Below are positions 20,641 to 31,019 of a DNA stretch of 64,000 bases, in pieces. The stretch covers positions 640,001 to 704,000 of the forward strand of contig OZ241875.1 of NCBI GenBank assembly GCA_965203325.1, in the 5' to 3' direction. The first letter of the stretch is position 1. Each line of letters opens with the position of its first letter. The notes beneath the pieces are model-generated. The model saw only the letters and a program-made list of their open reading frames with translations. It was not told the DNA's origin and did no database searches. The position numbers were made by a program, and so were the translations under genes. Source of the stretch: a bacterium. GTDB lineage: Bacteria > UBA8248.

Positions 20641-20656
20641 GTACCAAAACGGCTCT

Positions 20657-21664
20657 TTACTTCGCCATCATGGCCGATGCGGGCAGTTTGATTCCCTTCT
20701 CCTTGTAGTAGCGAATCGCGCCCGGGTGCACGGGGATGTTCGCCTTCGTCATCTTGTTGATGTCGAGGGCTTCCCACGACCTGTGGGCGAGCACCAGGTC
20801 CTTCTTGTTCGCGAAAGTCGCCTTCACCACCTCATACACGAGGTCGTTCGGCACGTGCGCGCCCGAGCCGAGCCAGTTCGTCTGCCCGATGGTCTTGACG
20901 GGTTTCGGGTTCCCCTTGTACATGCCGCCGACGATCGCCGTCTTCACGTAGAACGGGTATTTCGCCAGCATCATCTCCGCCCATTTCCCGTGCCCGAGCC
21001 CGAACACGCGGAAAGGAAGCTGGGAGGTGATGGAGGCGACGGCGGGATGAGGCGGCGCGCCGATCGTGGCGGCGACGTCGAGAATGCCGTCCTGCATCAT
21101 GCGGTTCGCCTGCCCGTGGCCCACGTTGGTCACCTGGCTGGGCTTTAAGCCGACCACCTTCATGAGATTGCGCCCGAAGCGGTCCACGCCGCTGCCCGGA
21201 CGGCTGATGTTGAGGCGCCTTCCCTGGATGTCCTCCGCCTTCATGATGGGGCTTTTCGCTGGCGTCCAGAACTGCACGCCCGAGCTGTCCACCGGCGACA
21301 TGATGCGAAGGTTCTTGTAGCGCTTCCCTTTGGCGAAGCCTCTGCCATGATAGGCGGCGTCGGAAATGCTCGAACTCGTGCCGAAGCCGAAATCCTGCCT
21401 GCCCTGGCTGATGAGCCTGGCGTTCACCGTGGCGCCGGCGGTGGACTCCACCGAGGAGTTGAGCTTGAGCACCTTGTTCAGCACGCTGGACCAGCCAAGC
21501 GCCTGGAACTGGATGGTTCCCTGGAGAGGTCCGCCGCCGATGGTGATGCGTTTGGGCCAGTCTTTTCTCGCCCCCTCGGCGGGAGCGGACAACGCGACTC
21601 CGAAGGCGAAGGCGGCGATGATCGCAAAAACCACGGGTTGAATCTGCTTGCGGGTGAGTTTCAT
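20657..21664 (-). CDS. TAXI family TRAP transporter solute-binding protein
   Basis: Signal peptide, VESTAGATVN, PGSG, VPNDLVY, PVHPGA.RYY. Confidence 0.9.
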   Translation of the reverse strand: MKLTRKQIQPVVFAIIAAFAFGVALSAPAEGARKDWPKRITIGGGPLQGTIQFQALGWSSVLNKVLKLNSSVESTAGATVNARLISQGRQDFGFGTSSSISDAAYHGRGFAKGKRYKNLRIMSPVDSSGVQFWTPAKSPIMKAEDIQGRRLNISRPGSGVDRFGRNLMKVVGLKPSQVTNVGHGQANRMMQDGILDVAATIGAPPHPAVASITSQLPFRVFGLGHGKWAEMMLAKYPFYVKTAIVGGMYKGNPKPVKTIGQTNWLGSGAHVPNDLVYEVVKATFANKKDLVLAHRSWEALDINKMTKANIPVHPGAIRYYKEKGIKLPASAMMAK

Positions 21665-21721
21665 GGCCTTTCTCCTCTGTGTGAGATTGACAGGCTGTCA
21701 GGTTCACGTGAAAACCTGCGT

Positions 21722-23644
21722 CTAAGTGCTCTCCTCAAGTGTTTCCTCTTTTTGCTTCCCGCTGCGAATCTTCTGGAACCAGGCGAGCAGGTCGCCCCCC
21801 AGCCCCAGGGCCAATACAACGAGGCCGATGATGTCCGTCAGGCCGCCGGTCAGGATCAGCAGCAGGGCCGCCACCCCCAGTACGCCCCTGCGCCACAGGG
21901 CGATTCCCTGGTCGATGACGCACCTCGCCAGGGCGTAGACGCCGAAAAGCGCCGTGCCGACCGCCATCGCGATGCCTCCCCAGGAGCCCTGCATCAGGAG
22001 CGAATCCCCGTAGACGAACAGGAACGGGACGATGTAGGCGGCGATACCGAGCCGCACCGCCATGAAGCCGACCTGCATGGGATGGGCGCCTGCGAGCGCG
22101 CCCGCGGCGAAGGCCGAAGCCGCCACGGGCGGTGTCATGGTGGCCAGGACGGCGTAGTAGAAAATGAACATGTGTGCGCTCAGGAGCGGAAACCCCAGTT
22201 TCACGAGAGCGGGACCGGCGGCCGCCGCGGCGACGAGGTAGGCGGCGACCGTCGGCACGCCCATCCCCAGGACGATGGAGACCAGCATGACGGCGAGGAG
22301 TCCCAGCATCTTGCTGTCGCCCACGTAGGAGAGCAACAGGTCCGTGACCTTGAGTCCCAGCCCCGTGAGAGACAGGACGCCCACGACCACGCCCGCCAGG
22401 GCGCTGGGCGTCGCGACGTGAATGGCGCCTTCCATCGTCCGGTAGAGCGCCTCGGCCACCCTTTTCGCCCCCATGCGCGTCTCCTGCCGGAGCCAGCTGG
22501 CGACCACCGCCGCGCCGATGGCGTAAAAGGCCGATTTCATCGGCGAGACGCGCACGTAGACCAGGAAGTAGATGAGGACGAAGATGGGCAGAAGCAGGTG
22601 GCCGTTCTGACGCAGGACGTCCCAGAGGCGCGGAAGCTCACTCCTGGGCAGGCCGCTCAGGCCTAAGTTTTTCGCTTCGACGCCGATCATGAAATAGACG
22701 GCCACGTAGAAGAGAATGGCCGGTATGAGGCCCGCTGCTGCGATCTTGAGATAGGGGATGCCGGTCACCTCGGCCATCACGAACGCCGTGACGCCCATGA
22801 CGGGAGGCATGAGTTGCCCGCCGGTGGAGGCGACGGTCTCGACGGCGCCCGCGAAGGCGGGACGATAGCCGATGCTCTTCATCAGGGGGATGGTGAAGGT
22901 GCCGGTCGTCACCACGTTCGTCACCGAACTGCCGGACATCGTGCCGAACAGGCTGCTGGCGAAAACCGCCACCTTGGCCGGCCCGCCTCGCGCGCCGCCC
23001 GCGATGGCCAGAGAGGTATCGATGAACAGCCTTCCTGCGCCCGAGCTCTGAAGAGCGGAGCCGAAGAGGATGAAGAGGATGATGAAGGTGGAAGAGGCCG
23101 CCAGCGGGGGCCCGAAGATTCCCTCCAGGCTGAAGAGGTACGTGATGGTGCGCGGATAGGGATAACCCCTGTGGCCCCACAGGCCCGGGAGGTAGTCGCC
23201 CCACAGCGCATAGGCCAGGCAGACGAGGGCGAGGATCGGCAGCACGTATCCCTGCAGGCGGCGTCCCATCTCCAGGATGACGAGGAACGTGATGGTGGCG
23301 AAAATGACGTCGTAGATGTTGGGGTCGACGCCGACCCGGTAGAGCATCTCGTCGAAGTCGACGATGAGGAAGATGGTCGTCGTGACGAGGAGAAAGGCGA
23401 GGGAATAATCGAGGAGGTTGGGGCCTTCGTTTTTCCTGTCGGCTCTCCAGGGGATGAGCGCGAAAACGAGGATGCCCGATGACGTCAGGTGAAAGGATCG
23501 CAATATCCAGGGCTGAATCGGCTGGACCATGAGGACGTAGAGGTGAAACGCGGTGCTCAAGGCTCCAAAGGCGAATATGATCTTCGCCAGAATATCGGGG
23601 AGGTTCCTGTGCTGGGACCCTACTCCCTCGGTTCTATCCTGCAT
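21722..23644 (-). CDS. TRAP transporter fused permease (4TM/12TM)
   Basis: GGPAKVAV.AS..GT.SGS, ASTGGQLMPPVMG, TPPVA. Confidence 0.92.
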   Translation of the reverse strand: MQDRTEGVGSQHRNLPDILAKIIFAFGALSTAFHLYVLMVQPIQPWILRSFHLTSSGILVFALIPWRADRKNEGPNLLDYSLAFLLVTTTIFLIVDFDEMLYRVGVDPNIYDVIFATITFLVILEMGRRLQGYVLPILALVCLAYALWGDYLPGLWGHRGYPYPRTITYLFSLEGIFGPPLAASSTFIILFILFGSALQSSGAGRLFIDTSLAIAGGARGGPAKVAVFASSLFGTMSGSSVTNVVTTGTFTIPLMKSIGYRPAFAGAVETVASTGGQLMPPVMGVTAFVMAEVTGIPYLKIAAAGLIPAILFYVAVYFMIGVEAKNLGLSGLPRSELPRLWDVLRQNGHLLLPIFVLIYFLVYVRVSPMKSAFYAIGAAVVASWLRQETRMGAKRVAEALYRTMEGAIHVATPSALAGVVVGVLSLTGLGLKVTDLLLSYVGDSKMLGLLAVMLVSIVLGMGVPTVAAYLVAAAAAGPALVKLGFPLLSAHMFIFYYAVLATMTPPVAASAFAAGALAGAHPMQVGFMAVRLGIAAYIVPFLFVYGDSLLMQGSWGGIAMAVGTALFGVYALARCVIDQGIALWRRGVLGVAALLLILTGGLTDIIGLVVLALGLGGDLLAWFQKIRSGKQKEETLEEST

Positions 23645-23949
23645 CGGCTTCGCCTTTGTGTGGTCTGTGTTTCAATCGAAAAGGAATCGGAAAAATTCCT
23701 TTTTCCGAATTTTCAATAGCGTCGTTGTCGGCAATCCCTCAAAAAAGTTTTTATGAGCGTTCGTCATCGGCGCGATTCGGGAGGCGTCGTTTCGGCCTTT
23801 GGTTACCTCCACGAAACGCAGAGACGCCGTGAACCCCTCGTCATCGGGAATCCGGCCTTCCTGAAATCCGGGAAGGACGCCTCACTCTGAATAAAAAGTA
23901 TGTAACTGGTATACAAACAAACATTTTCCGGGTCAATCCCGCGCCGTTC

Positions 23950-24262
23950 GGGGTTGTTGGAAAAGTCCCCTCCTCGCTCGGAATTGACCACCGCCGTCAT
24001 TCCGGCGAAAGCCGAAATCCATTTTTACGCCTTTTGCCTTTCGTCATGGTTCCCGCGCATCGGTGGGGAATGAAACGCCGCCGTTCATTCACCCGCATCC
24101 GCAAATGGATTCCGGCTTTCGCCGGAATGACGAACAAAACCGCACCGCCTCTTGTAGTGGGCCGTTCTTGTGAACGGCCCAAGGTCGCGACCTGTCCCTA
24201 CGGCCCCTTTCACGGTCGACTCCATACGCCGAATCAAAAAATCTGGATCTTTTCAACAGCCC
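23950..24262. mobile_element. Second MITE-like element (degenerate TIRs) carrying REP-like palindromes
   Basis: Left end GGGGTTGTTGGAAAAGTCCCCTCCTC resembles 20309; right end TCTTTTCAACAGCCC; internal inverted pair at 23996-24021 / 24106-24131. Confidence 0.65.
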
Positions 24263-24265
24263 GGA

Positions 24266-25792
24266 TCATTCATCCCCCAGGGCGAACTCCTCTTGTGGCT
24301 GATCCCTGTTCCTGCGGAGAAGGGCGGAGATCAGCGGATACGCGAGGACGAGGGCGGTCAATATGATGAGGGCGATGCTGATCGGCCGGGTCCACAGGAT
24401 CGACCAGTCATCCTGCGACAGGCGGAGCGCGACCCTCAGGTTGAACTCGACCTTGGGTCCCAGGATGAGGCCGAGAATGAGCGGGGCGATGGGAAACTTC
24501 AGCCGCTCCATCGCGTAGCCGAACAGGCCGAACCCCAGCATCAGGTAGACGTTGAAGATGCTGTTCTCGAACGAATAGATGCCCACCACCGTCAGCGCGA
24601 TGATGACCGGCATCAACTGCACCTGCGCCAGCCGCAGGATGTTGGCGAACAGCTTGGTCGCGATGATGCCGCCGAACACGAACAGGGAAGCCGAGGTGAA
24701 CAGCATCGCCCACATGTAGCCGTACACCACGTCGGGCGCTTCCTTGAACAGGCGCGGGCCGGGTTCGAGCCCGTGGATGAGCAGGCCCGCCAGTATCAGG
24801 GCGGCCAGCCCGCTGCCGGGAACCCCCAGCGTGAGGGCGGGGATCATCGCGGCGGCGTTGTCGGCGTTGTTGGCGCACTCGGCCACGGCGACGCCCACCG
24901 GGTTTCCCTTCCCGAAGCTCTCGGGGTCTTTCGATGAGCGCTTGGTCTCGTTGTAGGCGACGAATGCGCCGACGACGCCCCCGACGCCGGGGAGAATCCC
25001 GATGATGATCCCGATGACGTTCGCGCGGATCCAGGCGGGGAAAATCTGCATCCACGGCCAGTTCGCCATGTCGGATTTGCCTTCGAATTCGAGGTCTTTG
25101 GATTTCACGCCGGTCATGATGGCGCGTTCGGCCATCTGAAACGCAGGCGGAAGCGCGTACACCCCGACCATGATGACGATGAGCTGCAACCCGCCCGAAA
25201 GCTCAAGCGTGTCGAAGGTGAAGCGCTCATAGCCGGTCACGTGGTCGAGGCCCACCATGCCCAGGAGCAGTCCGACGCAAGAGGCCATCAGGCCCTTGAT
25301 GGGGTCGGACCCGAGCAGGACGGCGATGCTGGAGAGGCCGAACAGGCTGATCCAGAAGATCTCGGGCGGCCCGAAGGCCAGGGCGAATTCCGCAAGCGGC
25401 GGGGAGAGCGTCATCAGCGATACGGCGCTTACCATGCCGCCCACCGCCGAGGAGACGCACGCGATCTTGAGGGCGCGCTCTGCGAGGCCCTGCTGGGCCA
25501 TCGGGTAGCCGTCGAACGTGGTGGCGATGGCGCCCGGCGTGCCCGGAATGCGCAGCAGGACGGCGGGGATGGCGCCGCCGTATGAGCCGCCGTTGTGGAT
25601 GCCGGCCATCATCCCGAGCGCCATGAGCGGCGACATGCCGAAGGTGAGGGGGATCAAGAGGGCGATGCCCATCGTCGCCGTCAGGCCCGGAATGGCGCCG
25701 AAGATGATGCCGCCGATCACCCCCACGAGCATGGCGAGAATGTTCTGCCACTCGAGGATGACCCACAGGGAATTGTAGAAAGGCTCTATCAA
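24266..25792 (-). CDS. tctA: Tripartite tricarboxylate transporter permease
   Basis: GA.PGL, YGG.IPAVLL.IPGTP, E.ANNA, LTLGVPGS. Confidence 0.92.
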   Translation of the reverse strand: MIEPFYNSLWVILEWQNILAMLVGVIGGIIFGAIPGLTATMGIALLIPLTFGMSPLMALGMMAGIHNGGSYGGAIPAVLLRIPGTPGAIATTFDGYPMAQQGLAERALKIACVSSAVGGMVSAVSLMTLSPPLAEFALAFGPPEIFWISLFGLSSIAVLLGSDPIKGLMASCVGLLLGMVGLDHVTGYERFTFDTLELSGGLQLIVIMVGVYALPPAFQMAERAIMTGVKSKDLEFEGKSDMANWPWMQIFPAWIRANVIGIIIGILPGVGGVVGAFVAYNETKRSSKDPESFGKGNPVGVAVAECANNADNAAAMIPALTLGVPGSGLAALILAGLLIHGLEPGPRLFKEAPDVVYGYMWAMLFTSASLFVFGGIIATKLFANILRLAQVQLMPVIIALTVVGIYSFENSIFNVYLMLGFGLFGYAMERLKFPIAPLILGLILGPKVEFNLRVALRLSQDDWSILWTRPISIALIILTALVLAYPLISALLRRNRDQPQEEFALGDE

Positions 25793-25860
25793 GGTTTCAT
25801 CCCCGGGGCTTGGAGTTTGAGAACGAATCGGTGTCCGGGCACGATGTTACGCACTCCCCC

Positions 25861-26334
25861 TTAGTGGCGCAGGAAAAATTCCTGCGTGAGCGGGCGGTCG
25901 AAGAGCTGATCGAACACCACGAAGATGAACAGGAGATAACAGACCGTGGTGCCCGCCATGACGAACCTGTTCCGGTAGCCCAGCGCCCACGCCGCGGCGG
26001 GAATGAAAACCAGCGAGGCGCTGTAATAGCCGAGATACTGAACGCCCGCGATGTAGCCCAGCGCCATGAGGGTACTTAGGAGGAACCTTTTGTGGTGGAT
26101 GAAGAAAGGCTCGAAGGTCCTGCTCCGCCCGGATTTGAGCCACGACTTCACGAACATGAGAACGGAGAGAATGACCATCAGGCCGATGACCATCCGCGGG
26201 TAGAAGGCCGCTTCTTCGGGGAAACTCCCGGCGTGGTAGTAGAGGAAGGTCGTCGCAAAGAAAAAGATTACGGAGGCGACCCTGTCATGGTTCTGGAACA
26301 CGTGCGCTTCCCCCGCGAGTGTAGCCAGGGACAA
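25861..26334 (-). CDS. tctB: Tripartite tricarboxylate transporter small subunit
   Basis: About 4 TM, directly upstream of tctA. Confidence 0.8.
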   Translation of the reverse strand: MSLATLAGEAHVFQNHDRVASVIFFFATTFLYYHAGSFPEEAAFYPRMVIGLMVILSVLMFVKSWLKSGRSRTFEPFFIHHKRFLLSTLMALGYIAGVQYLGYYSASLVFIPAAAWALGYRNRFVMAGTTVCYLLFIFVVFDQLFDRPLTQEFFLRH

Positions 26335-26372
26335 CTCGTATGAGGCCGAAACTTCAAAGCGCCTTTTTCTTG

Positions 26373-27155
26373 CTACGGCATGGCGTCGACCTCGGCCAGG
26401 AACCCGAGCGTGTGCCGGCAGAACGCCTCGGGTCTTTCAATCGGGATCAGGTGTCCGCAGTCGGGAATCCTGACGAGCCGCGAACCCGGGATCCCCTCGT
26501 TCATGATTTCCGCATGGCCCATCACGTTGGTGACGTCCGCCTCGCCGTTCAGGATGAGCGTCGGAGCCTCGATGCCGGGGAGCTCCGCCTTGATGTCGAA
26601 CGTCCCGAGCGCGGTGACCGTGAGTTCGCGGAATTTCTGCGGCGATTGCAGGGCGATACCGTACGCCTCGACCACGTCCGCCTCATCGCTGCCCGGACGG
26701 AACCAGTGGTGGATGAGACGATCCGCAACGGCGGGCCATCCGTCCCGCTCCAGTTCGGCCAGCGTCTCGGGGACGTTGCGCCCCGTGCGGTCGGGCATCG
26801 TCCCCACGAGCACCAGCCCGTCCACACGGTCTGGGTAATCGAGGGCGAAGCACTGGGCTATCATGCCGCCCATGGAGAGCCCGCAGACGTGGGCCTTCTC
26901 GACGCCGAGCGCGTCCATGAGGCGCGCCAGTTCCCCTGCGAATCCGCGCGGCGAGAAATCGCCGCTCTCTTTTTTCTCGGAATCGCCGAACCCCTGGCGG
27001 TCGTGCGCGATGGCGCGGTAGCGTTTTTTGAACTCGGGCGTGATTTTACGCCACACGCGGCTCGAACCCGCGTTCCCGTGAAGAAAGAATACGGGTTTCC
27101 CCTCGCCCTCGTCGACGTAGTGGAGGTCGACTCCCGAGACGTTGATGTGCGGCAT
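26373..27155 (-). CDS. Alpha/beta hydrolase (PcaD-like)
   Basis: HG, D.QGFG.S, GLSMGG nucleophile elbow, D and GH triad. Confidence 0.88.
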   Translation of the reverse strand: MPHINVSGVDLHYVDEGEGKPVFFLHGNAGSSRVWRKITPEFKKRYRAIAHDRQGFGDSEKKESGDFSPRGFAGELARLMDALGVEKAHVCGLSMGGMIAQCFALDYPDRVDGLVLVGTMPDRTGRNVPETLAELERDGWPAVADRLIHHWFRPGSDEADVVEAYGIALQSPQKFRELTVTALGTFDIKAELPGIEAPTLILNGEADVTNVMGHAEIMNEGIPGSRLVRIPDCGHLIPIERPEAFCRHTLGFLAEVDAMP

Positions 27156-27248
27156 ACCTTTCACCCGACCCTGAGGCGCACCGGCTATGCACGCCTCGGG
27201 GTTGCTCGTGATTTTGCGCTCTCGCTTACGTGAAGACCCGGACCGTTC

Positions 27249-28229
27249 TTACTTCTTTTTCTTCTTCATCCAGGGATTCGTCTTCCAGAGCTGCTCGTGC
27301 GCCATGTGAGAGGCGTTTGCGACCTTCGCCATCTCCTCGCCGCTCGTGTATTCCACCGCGACTTTCTGCTTCTTCGCCACTTTCAGGAATCCCGGGTCCG
27401 CGATCGCCTTTTTGAAGGCGGCGCGCAGCTTCGCCAGAATGGGCGCCGGCACCCCCTTGGGAGCGGCCACGGGGCGGTAGACGAAGTTGGTGATGTCCAC
27501 GCCCTGTTCCTTGAACGTCGGGACCCAGGAGCCGATCGACACCCGCTCGGGCGCCGCCTGAGCGAGGATGTTGACCTTGTCCCTGAATTTGGCGATAGCC
27601 GACATCGAGATCGCCAGCACCGGAACGTGGCCGCCGAGCAGGGCGTTGCGCGCGGGGCCGCCGCCGCCGAAGGGCACCTTGTTGAATTTGAGTCCCGTCT
27701 TGACCATGAACTTGCTGGTCCCGATGCTGTGGACGCTGCTGAGGGCCGCCATGCCTATCGAGATTTTACCGGGGTTCTTCTTGACGTCGGCCATGAGGTC
27801 GGCCAGCGTTTTGTACTTGCTCGTCTTGAGCACGGCGAACGTCGTCGGTCCCCTGTTCACGTTGCCCAGGAAGTCGAAGTCCTTGATGGTGTATTTCACC
27901 TTCCCCATGATGGGGCCGACGATGGCCTGGGGGAAGTTCGTCATGCCGATGGTGTAGCCGTCGGGCTTGGCGTTCGCTATCGCGTTGAACCCGATGTTGC
28001 CGCCCGCGCCCGGCTTGTTGATGATGGCGATCTTGGCGCCAGCTCCCAAGTGTTTTTCCAGAAAGGGAACGAAGGCGCGCGACGTCCTGTCCGAACCGCC
28101 CCCGACCCTGTAGGCGACGATGTAGTTGATGGCGCGTTCGGGATAGGCCGCTTCAACCGGGACTGAATCGACGAACCCCACGGATACCAGAACACCAAAG
28201 GCGATGATGCATTTCATGATCTTGGACAT
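27249..28229 (-). CDS. tctC: Tripartite tricarboxylate transporter substrate-binding protein (Bug/TctC)
   Basis: YPER.I, GGGSD, NKPGAGG.IG, PDGYT, VPF.GGG, VPT.KEQG. Confidence 0.9.
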   Translation of the reverse strand: MSKIMKCIIAFGVLVSVGFVDSVPVEAAYPERAINYIVAYRVGGGSDRTSRAFVPFLEKHLGAGAKIAIINKPGAGGNIGFNAIANAKPDGYTIGMTNFPQAIVGPIMGKVKYTIKDFDFLGNVNRGPTTFAVLKTSKYKTLADLMADVKKNPGKISIGMAALSSVHSIGTSKFMVKTGLKFNKVPFGGGGPARNALLGGHVPVLAISMSAIAKFRDKVNILAQAAPERVSIGSWVPTFKEQGVDITNFVYRPVAAPKGVPAPILAKLRAAFKKAIADPGFLKVAKKQKVAVEYTSGEEMAKVANASHMAHEQLWKTNPWMKKKKK

Positions 28230-28460
28230 CGGGCTTCCTCCATGAGCAGTTTTCCCAGATTATGTTTCGATTCCGTGTATTCGGCTCCTATTATTCGTGG
28301 TTTCTCGCAACGAAAGAGAAAACGAATAGACCGGACTTCCTCAAGAGGCGCATGACTCGCATGAAATATGGATGTCCACCATGATAGTGAATCCAAGGAG
28401 GCGGCACAAGCGCGCCTTATCCGGCCCGGAAATACCGATGCGCCGGGAGTCGTCTACCCA

Positions 28461-29474
28461 TCAGCAAAGAGAGCGCAGGAGGGATTTTCTCTCTTCGAGC
28501 TTCCAGACGCCCCCTTCGAGCCGCTCGCGCCGCCGGTCGGCGTGCCATTTGCGGTAGGCGATCACGCGGGGGGCTGAGATCATCTCGCTCTCCATCAACT
28601 GGGCCGCGAGCTTTTCCGGGATGGGCTTCGCGCTCCCGCCCACCGGGTAGCCGAACTCGACGAGCAACTCCCCCATCACCTCCTCGAGCGTGGACACGTC
28701 GTCCGCAGGCAGGCGCGTCTTGTACATCCCGCAGTATTCCGTGGAGATGGGCCGCCCGCTCTTCACGTGGTTGGGAAGGGAGCTCCAGCTCTTCGAGGAA
28801 TCCGTTTCGTGGTGGGCCAGCATCTGCGGGTCGAAATCCTCGCCCAGAAATCCGCACAGTTTTTTAAGTTCATTCTCAGGCTCCGCACACAAGTCCTCGT
28901 AACGGATGACGTAATAATCCGATTTCCCCATGCGTTTTCCCGATTCGTGCGCGGCGCCGGTGAAATCCTTCCAGACGTGGGCGCCCGAGTATACGTTCTC
29001 GGGCAGCATCTCGGGCGAATCGGCGATGTCGATCGCCATGTCGCGCCCGTCGCGCACGATGTGGACGAACTGCGCAGCCGGGAAATCCGCCTTGATCTCC
29101 TCCATCCAGAACGAATTGCGGGGGGATTTCTCGCCCCACCGCTCCTTTCCCGTGCGCTCGGCGTAGTGGCGGTGAAGCGCGTCGTAAAGCCCCCGGAAGG
29201 TAGGCTCGGCAGCAGCGGCAACGAGGTCCTCGGGCGTGATGTCTAGCTTCATGTTCTTGATGAAGGGGCTCTCGAAGATGTCCTCGGCGAGGGCCGCGAG
29301 GTTTTCCGGGCTTGATAAGTCGCCATAGCTGTAGAGGTAGGGGTAGACCATTTCGTACAGCCAGGCGGGGGAAGGCACCGCCAGGCGCGGGTGGGCGTCC
29401 AGGATGAGGCGGAACAGGGTCGAGCCTGAACGCGGGGCGCTGACGATGAATACGGGTCTGGAAAAATCCGGCAT
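28461..29474 (-). CDS. Sulfotransferase family protein (paralog of 16072..17085)
   Basis: PRSGSTLF, WGEKSP, IVRDGRDM, RYEDL. Confidence 0.9.
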   Translation of the reverse strand: MPDFSRPVFIVSAPRSGSTLFRLILDAHPRLAVPSPAWLYEMVYPYLYSYGDLSSPENLAALAEDIFESPFIKNMKLDITPEDLVAAAAEPTFRGLYDALHRHYAERTGKERWGEKSPRNSFWMEEIKADFPAAQFVHIVRDGRDMAIDIADSPEMLPENVYSGAHVWKDFTGAAHESGKRMGKSDYYVIRYEDLCAEPENELKKLCGFLGEDFDPQMLAHHETDSSKSWSSLPNHVKSGRPISTEYCGMYKTRLPADDVSTLEEVMGELLVEFGYPVGGSAKPIPEKLAAQLMESEMISAPRVIAYRKWHADRRRERLEGGVWKLEERKSLLRSLC

Positions 29475-29718
29475 GTTTCCTCCTTCATGGATTATCGGGC
29501 GTGCCCCTATTCAGGCGGTTTCTCCCCCGCCCTCGATTGCATGGCGTGTGGGCGCATTATACGGGCGCGCCCCCCCGGAGCCTAATCAGTTGGGAAGATC
29601 GTCGAATGAAGGAGAGGTATAAACCTCTCGCTTTTCCATCCTTGCAACCGCGTGGATGATGCGATTTACTGAAAACCCTGTCCTCATCAACCAATACGAG
29701 CCTGAAAGGAGTTCTCAG

Positions 29719-30531
29719 ATGGCCGGATTCGCCTTCGATTTCGTTCCCCTCCCTGAAGAGCGGAGCATGGAAAAACCCAGAACCAGCGGGATCACCATGA
29801 TGATCGACAAGGGGGAGACCATCGAATATCTCCGGGGGCTCCTGCGGATGAGCGGCCCGTTCATTGACCTGGGCAAAATCGCGGTGGGCACCTCGCGCCT
29901 CTATCTCGAGGATTACTACCGCGAGAAGCTCGAACTCTTCAAAAGCCACGATATCAAGCCCTTCATCGGCGGGCAGTTCCTGGAGTTCATCTTCGCCACG
30001 CAGGGCTGGGGCGGGGTTCAGCCCTATTTCGAGGCGGCGGCGGAATACGGGGTCGAGGCGATAGAGATTTCCGACAACTGCGTTTCTCTTACAGACGGCG
30101 AAAGGGAGCGGATGGTGCGCTCAGCAATAGACGCAGGGCTGGAGGTGCACGGCGAGGTGGGCTCCAAGACCGGCAAGCAGGACGTGGCGGAGTTGATCTC
30201 ACAGGCGAACATCTGCATGGATGCGGGCGCCTCGGTGGTGCTGTTCGAGGCGGCGGAACTCATGCCGGGCGGCGCGGCCGACCGCGCTCTGATCGATTCG
30301 ATCCGGGAGCAGATGGACGTCCGCAAGGTGATTTTCGAGCTTCCCGGCTGGTGGATCGAAGGCACCACGAACAACGTCATCTACGAGCTACAGAAGTTCC
30401 TGCTCACCGAATTCGGCCCTGACGTGAACATCGGGAACGTGCCTCCCTGGATGACGTTCAATCTCGAAGCCCTGCGCTGCGGCCTCAGTTCGGTCGGCCC
30501 GACGGAGCGGACCTTCGAATCTGCGGGATGA
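29719..30531 (+). CDS. Phosphosulfolactate synthase-like (ComA family) TIM barrel
   Basis: KPRTSGITMM.DKG, EISD, EVG.K, FGPDVNIGNV, LE.LR.GL; ATG after AAGGAG. Confidence 0.85.
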   Translation: MAGFAFDFVPLPEERSMEKPRTSGITMMIDKGETIEYLRGLLRMSGPFIDLGKIAVGTSRLYLEDYYREKLELFKSHDIKPFIGGQFLEFIFATQGWGGVQPYFEAAAEYGVEAIEISDNCVSLTDGERERMVRSAIDAGLEVHGEVGSKTGKQDVAELISQANICMDAGASVVLFEAAELMPGGAADRALIDSIREQMDVRKVIFELPGWWIEGTTNNVIYELQKFLLTEFGPDVNIGNVPPWMTFNLEALRCGLSSVGPTERTFESAG

Positions 30532-31019
30532 GGAAGAAGTTGGGGAAATTTTTTCTGGAACAATCAAGAGACTGAACATCGACATTACAGCCTGCCCCGC
30601 GCAAAAAAACAACTTGCATCGAAAATTTTACAAGGAGCTATTTTGCTTCGCCCGTTTAGAGTCATTGGTCTTTTTCCAACGGCCAAAATATCTCAAAGGT
30701 ATCATTGAAAAAATTCAATCTTTTCAGTCTCGGTTTGAATCCAGTTTTCCCAGCAAATCATAACGAAAGTGGGTCAAGAATAACTCCTCGGCAACCTGGA
30801 GTTTCTCTGTCGGGGCGTCCTCTAAAAACTGGCGTGAGAAGGTTTACTTGTTGTCATATTCTTGAACTAGCGCCTCGACCAATGGGTCATCGGTCCCGAC
30901 CACGAGCAAGGTTCGCCCGGAAACTCTGCCATGCAAACAGTCCCAGGAAGTGTTTCCTTTTACAAGAGCAGGCCCACCTCACGGTTTGCACATCATTTGC
31001 TTCGGTCAGTGCGCTTCCC

